Shown piece after piece: positions 1 to 9,118 of a stretch of DNA of 47,179 nucleotides. The stretch spans positions 25,183-72,361 of the forward strand of contig CAYHCO010000009.1 in NCBI GenBank assembly GCA_964355105.1. Reading direction: 5' to 3'. The number at the start of each line of letters is the position of its first letter. Within the stretch, counting starts at the first letter, position 1. Below the pieces are notes generated by a model that made no database searches, was not told the DNA's origin, and saw only the letters and a list, made by a program, of their open reading frames with translations. This DNA comes from an uncultured Porphyromonadaceae bacterium (GTDB taxonomy: Bacteria > Bacteroidota > Bacteroidia > Bacteroidales > UBA12481). Made by a program: the position numbers and the translations under genes.

Positions 1-1
1 T

Positions 2-154
2 GGTGGAGGTGCTTTACTTAAAGGACTCGACAAGCGGCTTTCGGATAAAATGAATATTCCGTTCCACATTTCCGATGACCCGCTGCACGCAGTAGCCCGC
101 GGAACCGGAATGGCACTGAAGAATATCCATCGTTTCCCCTTCCTGATGCGATAG
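2..154 (+). CDS. mreB: Rod shape-determining protein MreB, C-terminal fragment (runs off the window start)
   Basis: Frame 2 reads GGGALLKGLDKRLSDKMNIPFHISDDPLHAVARGTG...MR* (TAG 152-154). This is the MreB adenosine-binding GGGALL motif and the C-terminal DPL..VARG motif, directly upstream of mreC. Confidence 0.95.
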   Translation, partial: GGGALLKGLDKRLSDKMNIPFHISDDPLHAVARGTGMALKNIHRFPFLMR

Positions 155-165
155 CAGGATGAGCA

Positions 166-993
166 ATGCAGAATCTCCTTCGACTCATAATCCGGTTTAG
201 TTTCCAGATTATCTTCGTAATCCTGGAGATTTTTGCTCTATCTATGGTTTTCAAGAAGAATCCATTGCCCCATGCAAGGTTCTTCGAAATTGCCGCTGAC
301 GTTAACGGGTTTTTCTTCACCCAAACCAACCATTTTGCCAGGTTCTTTCATCTGACCGATGAGAACTCGATCCTGGTGACGGAAAATGCGAGGCTCAGGA
401 ATGAGCTGGCTCGCCGACCGCTGAAAAGCCCGGGATGGGATTCCACCACCACGCTTTCATCTCCCGGATATATTTATGATTATATCGCTGCCCAGGTGGT
501 GAATAACTCAGTTAACAAGCAAAATAACTATATCACCCTGAATGTCGGATACCGCCAGGGTGTGCGGCCGGATATGGGTGTTGTGGGTCCGGAAGGGGTT
601 GTAGGCATTGTAAGGAATGTGTCGGCAAATTTTTCAACCGTGATCTCTGTGCTTAACTCGAAATTCAAAGGGAGCGTTAAACTTGCCAGTACCAATTATT
701 TCGGAACCCTTATATGGCCGGGTCATTCCTACCGGGAAGCCGTTCTGACTGAAATTCCGGGTCATATTAACGTTTATGTCGGTGATACACTGGTCACAAG
801 CGGTCTAACGACTGCATTTCCGGAGGGCGAGCGGGTGGGGTTTGTCAAGGAGGTCAACCGAATGCCCGCGGGGACCTTTTACGAGCTGAAAGTATCATTG
901 ATCCAAGACTTTAAAAAACTGACACGTGTTTATGTGATCAGGAATTTTAATAAGACCGAACAGGAAAAACTGGAATTACAGACTTATGATTGA
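166..993 (+). CDS. mreC: Rod shape-determining protein MreC
   Basis: N-terminal TM, coiled coil (ENARLRNEL), NYITLNVG...GVRPDMGVV..GVVG and GDTLVTSG motifs. Lies between mreB and mreD. Confidence 0.95.
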   Translation: MQNLLRLIIRFSFQIIFVILEIFALSMVFKKNPLPHARFFEIAADVNGFFFTQTNHFARFFHLTDENSILVTENARLRNELARRPLKSPGWDSTTTLSSPGYIYDYIAAQVVNNSVNKQNNYITLNVGYRQGVRPDMGVVGPEGVVGIVRNVSANFSTVISVLNSKFKGSVKLASTNYFGTLIWPGHSYREAVLTEIPGHINVYVGDTLVTSGLTTAFPEGERVGFVKEVNRMPAGTFYELKVSLIQDFKKLTRVYVIRNFNKTEQEKLELQTYD

Positions 994-1519
994 CCAACTG
1001 AACAGATATGTTTTCCGATTTATCCTGGTGATATTTTTCCAGGTTATGATCCTGAACAATATTCAGTTCAGCGGTTATATCAATCCCTATTTTTACATCT
1101 GGTACATCATGGTCCTTCCTTTTGATACACCGGGCTGGGTACTTTTGCTGAGCGCCTTTTTTCTCGGATTGGGTATTGATGTATTTCCGCAGGGCATTGC
1201 CGGCAACGGAGCCACCATTGGGACGCATGCTGCAGCAACGGTGCTTATCGCTTTTCTCAGGCCGACCATTCTGAGATGGATCAATCCTCGCGACGATTAC
1301 GAACCCGGCACTTATCCGGATACTAAGAATTACGGTATCATCTGGTTCATTTCCTACGCGCTGATCATGATCGGGATTCACCATTTCATGCTGTTTTTCC
1401 TCGAAGACCTGTCGCTCAGGGATTTCCTGAGGACTCTGTTGCGAGTGGTCTTGAGCGGTTTCTTTACATTGATAATCATATTGTTGTGGGAAGGTATCCG
1501 ATTCAGGATACCCAGGTAA
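986..1519 (+). CDS. mreD: Rod shape-determining protein MreD
   Basis: 177-aa polytopic membrane protein with INPYFYI..I..LP and GL.IDVF...G.HAAA motifs. Position in the mre operon; overlaps the mreC stop. Confidence 0.9.
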   Translation: MIDQLNRYVFRFILVIFFQVMILNNIQFSGYINPYFYIWYIMVLPFDTPGWVLLLSAFFLGLGIDVFPQGIAGNGATIGTHAAATVLIAFLRPTILRWINPRDDYEPGTYPDTKNYGIIWFISYALIMIGIHHFMLFFLEDLSLRDFLRTLLRVVLSGFFTLIIILLWEGIRFRIPR

Positions 1520-1525
1520 GAGGCC

Positions 1526-3337
1526 ATGCAGAATTCGAATCCAAACCGGAAATATCTAATAATCGGAATAGTCCTGGCTGTTGCAGTGATCTACATGTTC
1601 CGCCTTTTTTATATCCAGGTTCTGGACAAATCCTATCAGCTTTCCTCCAAAAACAACTCTCAACTGCGTGTGGTTGAATATCCGGGACGGGGCATGATCT
1701 TCGACCGTTACGGCAAGCCATTGGTTTACAATGAGGCGGTATTTGACCTGCTTGTGCTACCTCAGCAGACCCGTGCATTCGATACCGTTGAGCTTTGCCG
1801 CATTCTGAGTGTGGATCAGGCGGAATTCCGCGAATCGATGAAGAAGGCAAGGGATTATTCGAGATACCGGCAATCAGCCGTTGTCAGACAGATTACCCCT
1901 GAGCAAAAGGCCGCGCTCAACGAGAAACTCTACCAATTCCCGGGATTCTCGTTTCAGATCCGCTCGCAGCGAAAGTATCCGCAGTCGATCGCGCCACACG
2001 TTCTCGGTTATGTCGGTGAAGTGAATCAATCCGATATCAATGCCGAATCCTATTATCAGGGAGGTGATTATATTGGCAAAACGGGTCTGGAAGCTGAATA
2101 TGAGCCTTATCTGAGGGGACAGAAAGGCATAAGGTACATGCTTGTCGATGTGCATAACCGCATGCAGGGAAGCTTTGAGAACGGTCGGTTCGACACCATT
2201 GCAGCCCCGGGTCGTAAGCTGACCACCACGATCGATGCCGCTCTGCAGGAGTACGGAGAAAAGTTGCTTGCGCACAAAAGAGGCAGCATCGTGGCAATTG
2301 AACCCTCGACGGGAGAAATCCTGGCAATGGTATCCAGTCCGGGTTACGACCCCAACGAGCTTGTCGGCAGGATACGCGGAAAGAATTTTGAGAGGCTGAT
2401 GAACGACACGTTGAATCCACTGTTCAACCGGGCCACCATGTCGAGATATTCCCCGGGCTCGATCTTCAAGATTGTCCAGTCGCTGATCGCACTTCAGGAG
2501 GGTGTTGTCGACGAGTTTTACAGTGTGGATTGCAACAAGGATATCCTCGGATGCCACAATCATCCCAATGCCCGCGGGTTACGCGAAGGAATAATGTATT
2601 CATGCAATCCCTATTTCTATAACGTCTTCAGGAGGATCATCCTGCAGGGAAAAAGTACCAGTCAATTCCGCGACAGCCAGATCGGTCTGAAGACATGGTA
2701 TCAGATGGTGCTGACCTTTGGCCTCGGGCAAGTGCTCCCGGTGGATTTGCCCGGAATAAAACCGGGGCTGATCCCCGATGTTGCGTTCTACGATAAATGG
2801 TATGGCGTGAACCGATGGGCTTTCAGTACCATTTATTCAAATTCCATTGGCCAAGGTGAAGTGGAAACCGTGCCAATCCAAATTGCCAATCTGGCTGCCA
2901 TCATTGCCAACCGGGGCACCTATTACATGCCTCACTTTGTGAAGTCGATAGAAGGTGTCGATACTATTCCCCAGAAATTCCGCGAGCCCCTGCATACGGC
3001 CATCGATTCAAAATATTTCGATATTGTGGCCGATGGGATGGAAATGGTAGTTAACCAGGCCGGGGGAACCGGTTCAAAAGCGCAGGTGCCCGGCATCATT
3101 GTCTGCGGGAAAACCGGTACGGTTCAGAATACCGGAAGCAAGGAAGACCATTCGGGATTCTTTGCCTTTGCCCCGAAGGACCGGCCGCGTATCGCTTTAG
3201 TCGCTTATGTGGAAAAATCAGGAGCCGGTGGAGCCTTTGCTGCGCCGATTGCCAGCCTGATGATTGAGAAATATCTGAACGGAACAATAACCCAGGTTGA
3301 CAAGGAAAAGTCGATTCTGGAATACATTCAATTCTGA
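1526..3337 (+). CDS. mrdA: Penicillin-binding protein 2 (peptidoglycan D,D-transpeptidase)
   Basis: N-terminal TM, RG.IFDR dimerisation-domain motif, SxxK (PGSIFK), SxN (SCN) and KTG (GKTGT) motifs. Confidence 0.95.
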   Translation: MQNSNPNRKYLIIGIVLAVAVIYMFRLFYIQVLDKSYQLSSKNNSQLRVVEYPGRGMIFDRYGKPLVYNEAVFDLLVLPQQTRAFDTVELCRILSVDQAEFRESMKKARDYSRYRQSAVVRQITPEQKAALNEKLYQFPGFSFQIRSQRKYPQSIAPHVLGYVGEVNQSDINAESYYQGGDYIGKTGLEAEYEPYLRGQKGIRYMLVDVHNRMQGSFENGRFDTIAAPGRKLTTTIDAALQEYGEKLLAHKRGSIVAIEPSTGEILAMVSSPGYDPNELVGRIRGKNFERLMNDTLNPLFNRATMSRYSPGSIFKIVQSLIALQEGVVDEFYSVDCNKDILGCHNHPNARGLREGIMYSCNPYFYNVFRRIILQGKSTSQFRDSQIGLKTWYQMVLTFGLGQVLPVDLPGIKPGLIPDVAFYDKWYGVNRWAFSTIYSNSIGQGEVETVPIQIANLAAIIANRGTYYMPHFVKSIEGVDTIPQKFREPLHTAIDSKYFDIVADGMEMVVNQAGGTGSKAQVPGIIVCGKTGTVQNTGSKEDHSGFFAFAPKDRPRIALVAYVEKSGAGGAFAAPIASLMIEKYLNGTITQVDKEKSILEYIQF

Positions 3338-4767
3338 TGGCAAACCCGAGAACCAACTTCATTGCACGCCTGGACTGGCTCACCATCATCCTGTTTCTGG
3401 TGATGATCGGATTTGGCTGGATGAATGTTTTTGCGTCATCCCGCAATGAAGCCGGTGCCGGATCCCTGTTTGATTTTACTTCCCGCTTCAGCAAGCAGTT
3501 CTTTTATATTCTTACTGCACTCGTCATAGCCATTTTCGCATTGGCCATTGATGGGAAAGTGTGGAGTTTCTTCTCCTTTCCGATTTATGCGGTTACGCTG
3601 CTGATTCTGCCGGTTACCATCTTACTGGGCAAGGAAATAAACGGTGCGCGGGCGTGGATCTTTTTCGGTGACTTCAGCCTGCAGCCTGCGGAGTTTGTGA
3701 AGTTTGCCACGGCCCTTGCCTTGGCAAAAGTACTGTCGCAATATAATTTCGTGATCAAGAAGCCCAAAAATCTGATGACCATTGGAGCCATCCTGGGTAT
3801 TCCGATCATCCTGATTCTTTTGCAGAAAGATACCGGAACCGCCCTGGTGTTCCTGATTTTTGTACTGGTACTTTACCGCGAAGGTCTCTCCTGGGTAGTC
3901 CTGTTCGTGTCCGGACTGGCGATTCTGCTTTTTGTGCTCACCATGCTGATTCCCGTGCCCATTTTGCTAACCGTGATCAGTGTCATCGCACTCGGTTTGA
4001 CTTATTTGTATCAGCGGAATCTTAAATTTTTCTATATCGGATTTCTTAGCCTGGGTGGGTTGTTTGGACTGGCTGCCGTGGCATCCGGCTTTCTGGGCGA
4101 AGGGTGGTCCCTTTCACGAATGTTTTTTCTCGCTGCTTTTATTGCTTTTGTGGTCTGGCTCGTGATCATTCTGAGGAAGCGACATAATCCGCTGTTGCTC
4201 ATATTATTAACCTGGTTTGGTGCCATCCTGTTCATTTTTTCCGTCGATTTTGTTTTTCATGAGATCCTGCAGGAGCATCAGCAGTCGCGTATCAATAATA
4301 TCCTGGGCCTCGAGAGCGATCCTTTGGGCAGGGGTTATAACTTAAATCAATCTAAAATAGCTATCGGCTCGGGTGGGTTCTTTGGCAAGGGCTTCATGCA
4401 GGGCACCCAGACCAGCCTTAATTTCGTTCCTGAACAGAGTACGGACTTTATCTTCTGCACAGTCGGGGAGGAGTGGGGATTCATGGGAAGCCTCATGGTA
4501 CTCGGACTCTTTTCCGGGCTGATCATCCGCCTGATCCAGCTGGCGGAACGACAACGATCGGCTTTTTCCAGGGTTTACGGTTACGGGGTGGCATCGATTT
4601 TGTTTTTCCACTTCGCCATAAATATTGGAATGACCATTGGATTAGTTCCGGTTATTGGGATTCCCCTGCCTTTTTTCAGCTATGGTGGGTCCTCCCTGTG
4701 GGCTTTTACCCTGATGCTTTTCGTTTTTTTAAGGCTGGATACCGACCGTTACCAGATTGTTGCTTAA
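3337..4767 (+). CDS. rodA: Rod shape-determining SEDS glycosyltransferase RodA
   Basis: GARAWI..G.FSLQPAEF.K, QKDTGTALV, QSKIAIGSGG..GKG, PEQSTDFIF and GIPLPFFSYGGSS motifs. TGA/ATG overlap with mrdA. Confidence 0.96.
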   Translation: MANPRTNFIARLDWLTIILFLVMIGFGWMNVFASSRNEAGAGSLFDFTSRFSKQFFYILTALVIAIFALAIDGKVWSFFSFPIYAVTLLILPVTILLGKEINGARAWIFFGDFSLQPAEFVKFATALALAKVLSQYNFVIKKPKNLMTIGAILGIPIILILLQKDTGTALVFLIFVLVLYREGLSWVVLFVSGLAILLFVLTMLIPVPILLTVISVIALGLTYLYQRNLKFFYIGFLSLGGLFGLAAVASGFLGEGWSLSRMFFLAAFIAFVVWLVIILRKRHNPLLLILLTWFGAILFIFSVDFVFHEILQEHQQSRINNILGLESDPLGRGYNLNQSKIAIGSGGFFGKGFMQGTQTSLNFVPEQSTDFIFCTVGEEWGFMGSLMVLGLFSGLIIRLIQLAERQRSAFSRVYGYGVASILFFHFAINIGMTIGLVPVIGIPLPFFSYGGSSLWAFTLMLFVFLRLDTDRYQIVA

Positions 4768-4854
4768 CACGGCATTTGTCATGCTTCGGTTGTGCCGAAA
4801 CTTATATATTTACTGCATTATCAAAAACATTCAAACAAGAAGCAAGGAGGCTTT

Positions 4855-6192
4855 ATGTCCAGGAAAAGAATCATTATTATTGGAGCTGCAGGTAGGGATT
4901 TTCACAATTTCAACACTTATTACAGGGATAAATCTGAGTATGAGGTAGTGGCCTTCACTGCTGCTCAAATCCCGGATATTGATGGTCGCAAATACCCCGC
5001 TGAACTGGCCGGGAAATTGTATCCCGACGGGATTCCTATCTTCGCACAGGACGAGCTTCCCGCTCTTATTGCCAAATACGATGTTGACAGTTGCGTGTTC
5101 TCATACAGCGATGTTCCCTACGCCCGGGTCATGGCTGTTAGTGCACTGGTGAATTCGTGTGGTGCCAACTTTGCCCTTTTGGGACCTAAGGGTACCATGC
5201 TGAAAAGCGAAAAGCCGGTGATTGCCGTTGTGGCTTCGCGCACAGGCTGCGGCAAGAGCCAGACATCGAGGAAAGTTATCGAGATCCTCATGGAGATGGG
5301 ATTAAAGGTAGTGGCGGTGCGCCATCCGATGCCTTATGGCGACCTGGTAGCTCAGAAAGTTCAGCGTTACGCCGAAGTGGCTGACCTGGAAAAGCACAAG
5401 TGCACGGTTGAAGAGATGGAAGAATACGAACCGCACGTAGTTCGAGGCAATGTTATTTATGCAGGTGTCGATTACGAAGCAATTCTGCGCGAAGCGGAAA
5501 AAGATCCGAACGGCTGCGACGTGGTTTTATGGGACGGTGGGAACAATGACTTCTCATTTTACAAGCCCGACCTGACCATTACCGTTGTTGATCCGCATCG
5601 TCCCGGTCATGAGTTGTCCTATTATCCCGGCGAGGTTAATCTCAGGTTGGCTGATGTGGTGGTTATCAACAAGATTGATACTGCCCGCCCCGAAGATGTT
5701 CAGAAGGTCCGCGAAAATATCGCTACCGCTAATCCGAAGGCAATCGTGGTCGACGGTGCTTCTCCGATCCGGGTTGATGATCCTTCACTGATCCGCGGCA
5801 AGCGTGTATTGGTTGTTGAGGATGGCCCGACGCTGACTCACGGAGAAATGAAAATTGGTGCCGGAGTAGTGGCTGCACGTAAGTTCGGAGCTGCCGAGGA
5901 AGTGGATCCAAGGCCGTTTACAGTAGGAAAATTATCAGTAACCTTTGATATTTATCCGAATATAGGCAAATTGCTCCCTGCTATGGGTTACGGCAAACAG
6001 CAGCTGAAAGATCTGGAAGCAACGATTAATGATACCGATTGTGATTCAGTGATTATCGCGACACCGATCGATCTTAACCGGATTATCCGGATTAAGAAGC
6101 CAAATACGCGGGTGTATTATGACCTGCAGGAAATCGGTTCTCCCGATCTGACCGGCGTGCTGAAAGATTTCGTGGCCTCGCACCTAAAATAA
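4855..6192 (+). CDS. COG2403 / cyclic 2,3-diphosphoglycerate synthetase-like P-loop ligase (candidate arginine synthetase, ArcE-like)
   Basis: GAAGRDFHNFN N-terminus, Walker A RTGCGKS, RHPMPYG, WDGGNND and EDGPTLTHG motifs. Start moved to ATG 4855, which follows AAGGAGG at 4844-4850; the longer track ORF begins at 4792. Confidence 0.8.
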   Translation: MSRKRIIIIGAAGRDFHNFNTYYRDKSEYEVVAFTAAQIPDIDGRKYPAELAGKLYPDGIPIFAQDELPALIAKYDVDSCVFSYSDVPYARVMAVSALVNSCGANFALLGPKGTMLKSEKPVIAVVASRTGCGKSQTSRKVIEILMEMGLKVVAVRHPMPYGDLVAQKVQRYAEVADLEKHKCTVEEMEEYEPHVVRGNVIYAGVDYEAILREAEKDPNGCDVVLWDGGNNDFSFYKPDLTITVVDPHRPGHELSYYPGEVNLRLADVVVINKIDTARPEDVQKVRENIATANPKAIVVDGASPIRVDDPSLIRGKRVLVVEDGPTLTHGEMKIGAGVVAARKFGAAEEVDPRPFTVGKLSVTFDIYPNIGKLLPAMGYGKQQLKDLEATINDTDCDSVIIATPIDLNRIIRIKKPNTRVYYDLQEIGSPDLTGVLKDFVASHLK

Positions 6193-6221
6193 TCAGGCTC
6201 AAAAGGTAAACCGGTAAGAAT

Positions 6222-7649
6222 ATGGTATTCAGCAGCAGTTTGTTTCTGATTTGGTTCTTGCCGGTTTTCCTTTTAACCTACTTCCTGATTCCATACAAAT
6301 ACCGGAACTGGCTGGCGCTCTTTGCCAGCGTTCTCTTTTACAGCTGGGGTGCCCCCAAGTTCATCTTCGTTATTCTGGGCACCACCTTTATCGATTTTCA
6401 TCTCGTCAAATGGATGGCGGCTTCAAAGAGCAAGCTGCACCGGCGGCTGTTGCTGACCCTTTCCGTTTCGGTAAATCTCGGATTGCTCTTTTATTTCAAG
6501 TATTCGAATTTCTTTGTAGAGAATCTCGATGCCGTATTGAAAGTGTTCGGCATCAATGGTTTGCATTGGTCGAAGCTGATTATGCCGATCGGGATATCAT
6601 TCTACACCTTTGAGACGGTGACCTATGTAGTGGATGTTTACCGCCGTGTTCAGGCACCGCTGACCCGATTCTGGGATTACCAGTTATATATTATACTGTT
6701 TCCGAAACTGATTGCCGGGCCTATCGTGCGGTATCACGAGATTGCCGACCAGATAGTCGACCGCCGGGCATCTGAAACCGTTGACAACAGGCTGTTGGGG
6801 ATGTTCCGGTTTATTATCGGTCTGGCCAAAAAAGTACTGATTGCCAATGTTTTGGGTGCCGAGGTGGACCGAATTTTTGCACTGGGCCCGATGAATATAT
6901 CCACGCCCACCGCCTGGATAGGGATCATAGCGTATTCATTCCAGATCTATTACGATTTTTCCGGTTACTCCGATATGGCTATCGGAATAGCGAAGATGAT
7001 CGGGTTCACGTTTCCCGAGAACTTCAACAATCCTTACATATCGCGGAATATAACCGAATTCTGGCGGCGCTGGCACATGACGCTTGGACGCTGGATGAAG
7101 GATTACCTGTATATCCCACTGGGTGGCAGCCGGGTTAAAACCCGGGGCCGGCTGTTCTTCAATCTCTGGCTGGTTTTCCTCATATCGGGATTATGGCATG
7201 GTGCAGCCTGGAATTTTATCATCTGGGGCGCTTTCCATGGACTTTTCCTCGTCCTCGACAGGCTTTTCCTGATACGCTTCAGTGAAAAGATCGGCAAGAT
7301 CCCTTCGGTCATCCTAACATACATTATTACCCTTGTGGGTTGGGTGCTTTTCAGGGCTGCCGATCTGAACCAGGCGTGGCTGTACATTAAGAAGATGTTT
7401 GCTTTCGATGGGGGATTCCCGGCATGGCGTTTTGATACCCAGTTTTGGGTGATCCTGCTTGCCGGTGCTTTCTTTGGTTTCTTCGGCATGATCAAGGGTG
7501 CGGAGGCCTGGCAGGAGCATCAGCTTAAAGTTCCTTACTCAACCAATAAAACCTGGATAGGTGGTTTCATTGCCCTGATCCTCCTGGTTTATTGCATGGC
7601 CTCACTCACAACAACCGGTTTTAATCCTTTCATTTATTTCCGGTTTTAG
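6222..7649 (+). CDS. MBOAT-family O-acyltransferase (AlgI/PatA/DltB-like)
   Basis: MVFSSSLFL start, PIGISFYTF, FPKLIAGPIVRY, YYDFSGYSDMAIG, ENFNNPY..NITEFWRRWH, catalytic SGLWHGA and FIYFRF C-terminus. Confidence 0.93.
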   Translation: MVFSSSLFLIWFLPVFLLTYFLIPYKYRNWLALFASVLFYSWGAPKFIFVILGTTFIDFHLVKWMAASKSKLHRRLLLTLSVSVNLGLLFYFKYSNFFVENLDAVLKVFGINGLHWSKLIMPIGISFYTFETVTYVVDVYRRVQAPLTRFWDYQLYIILFPKLIAGPIVRYHEIADQIVDRRASETVDNRLLGMFRFIIGLAKKVLIANVLGAEVDRIFALGPMNISTPTAWIGIIAYSFQIYYDFSGYSDMAIGIAKMIGFTFPENFNNPYISRNITEFWRRWHMTLGRWMKDYLYIPLGGSRVKTRGRLFFNLWLVFLISGLWHGAAWNFIIWGAFHGLFLVLDRLFLIRFSEKIGKIPSVILTYIITLVGWVLFRAADLNQAWLYIKKMFAFDGGFPAWRFDTQFWVILLAGAFFGFFGMIKGAEAWQEHQLKVPYSTNKTWIGGFIALILLVYCMASLTTTGFNPFIYFRF

Positions 7650-7651
7650 CT

Positions 7652-9103
7652 ATGAATCAGCGACTTAAAATAGCGATCTTCATTCTGCTGCTGCTGGTTA
7701 TGCTGGTACCGGCTATTCAGCAGAATACCGGCCTGTTCAGGGAGAAGAGTTTGCGCGGTCAGTCAGATCCGGCAGTTTATCCAAGATTCACGGTAAAATC
7801 CTGGTTTTCCGATGAGTTTCAGGTCCAATTCAACAAAGCCACCGAGGAACATGTGGGGTTCCGTCCCGGATTAATCCGGTTGAAAAACCAGTTTGAATTT
7901 GCCGCCTATCATAAGGCAAATGCCTCCGGAGTTGTGGTGGGCAAAGGCCGTTACCTTTTTGAATCCGATTATATCCGGTCGTTCACCGGTCGCGATTATC
8001 TGGGTGATTATTTCTGGTCCCAGAAATTCAGCCGTCTGGGAATGGTCAGGGATACGCTGGCCAAACTCGGGGTGAAGATGGCCATCGTGCTCGAGCCCGG
8101 AAAGGCCACTTTTCAGCCGGAATATATTCCTAACCGGTTCCTGAAATTCAAGGCCGATAGCTCTAATTACCAGGCCATTCTCAGGGAATCTGGCAGGAAG
8201 GGAATTCCTGTCCTGGATCTGAACCGGCTTTTTAAGGAACAGAAAAACAGTGTCGCCTATCCGTTGTTCCCGAAGGGAGGCATTCACTGGTCGGTAGGCG
8301 GGATGGTGCTCGCCTCGGATACCCTTCTTGGGTTTATGGGCAAGACATTGGGACTGAGTGTTCCCGACCTGGTTGTCGACCGCGTGGAGATGTCGGACAG
8401 CCTCAGGGATACTGACGGCGACGTGGCTGACATCATGAATCTGCTGAAGGCTCCGGGTCATCCGAAAATGGGCTATCCTGTATATCACTTTACCGGGATG
8501 GATCAGGCTGCCAAGCCGAGGGTCCTGGTCATCTCCGACAGTTATTTTTTCAATATTCTGGGAGCAAAAATTCCGGCCAACGCTTTTGCCAATGAGGCTT
8601 TCTGGTATTACAACCAGAGTGTTTACCCCGACAGCTGGTCGGCACCCAAAGATACTTCCATGCTGGATGTGCCGAAGACGGTTGAAGGAATGAATGCAGT
8701 CCTGATCATGGTGACGGAGCGGTTTTATCACCGGTTCGACTGGGATCTGACCGATGTTTTATACCGCCATTATTATCCGGCCGCAGCGAAAGAGTACCGC
8801 TACGATTTCATGCGGGATATCGTGCGTAATTATGTATGGTTCGATGATATTCAGATGCAGGCGGATTATTCCGGCGTACCCATGCAGGAGAAGCTTGCAG
8901 GCAATGCTGATTACCTCTTCTGGCAAGCCGACCAGTCAGGCAAGGTTCCGCATGATATTGGCTATTACCGGATGAACATTCTGAAAGATCCGGTCTGGAT
9001 GAAGCAAATACGTGAGAAATCGCTTATCAACAAGATAACCGTTGACGAGCAGGTCACGATGGATGCCATCTGGATGCTTGAAGAATCCAAAAAGCAGAAA
9101 TAA
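7652..9103 (+). CDS. AlgJ/AlgX-like SGNH-type O-acetyltransferase (periplasmic partner of the MBOAT)
   Basis: N-terminal TM anchor, VVVGK..YLF, P.KA...PEYIP, GIHWS and ISDSY motifs. Starts 2 bp after the MBOAT stop. Confidence 0.78.
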   Translation: MNQRLKIAIFILLLLVMLVPAIQQNTGLFREKSLRGQSDPAVYPRFTVKSWFSDEFQVQFNKATEEHVGFRPGLIRLKNQFEFAAYHKANASGVVVGKGRYLFESDYIRSFTGRDYLGDYFWSQKFSRLGMVRDTLAKLGVKMAIVLEPGKATFQPEYIPNRFLKFKADSSNYQAILRESGRKGIPVLDLNRLFKEQKNSVAYPLFPKGGIHWSVGGMVLASDTLLGFMGKTLGLSVPDLVVDRVEMSDSLRDTDGDVADIMNLLKAPGHPKMGYPVYHFTGMDQAAKPRVLVISDSYFFNILGAKIPANAFANEAFWYYNQSVYPDSWSAPKDTSMLDVPKTVEGMNAVLIMVTERFYHRFDWDLTDVLYRHYYPAAAKEYRYDFMRDIVRNYVWFDDIQMQADYSGVPMQEKLAGNADYLFWQADQSGKVPHDIGYYRMNILKDPVWMKQIREKSLINKITVDEQVTMDAIWMLEESKKQK

Positions 9104-9118
9104 CCGGGGTGATCCCTT

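Noticed and set aside
1874-2563. 229-aa antisense ORF in mrdA (likewise 23234-23893 in parE and 27550-28305 in the DUF6067 gene)
   Set aside because: Shadow ORFs with no domain features.
7871-8731. 286-aa antisense ORF within the AlgX-like gene
   Set aside because: No recognisable motifs and fully opposite a well-supported gene; a typical shadow frame from codon bias.
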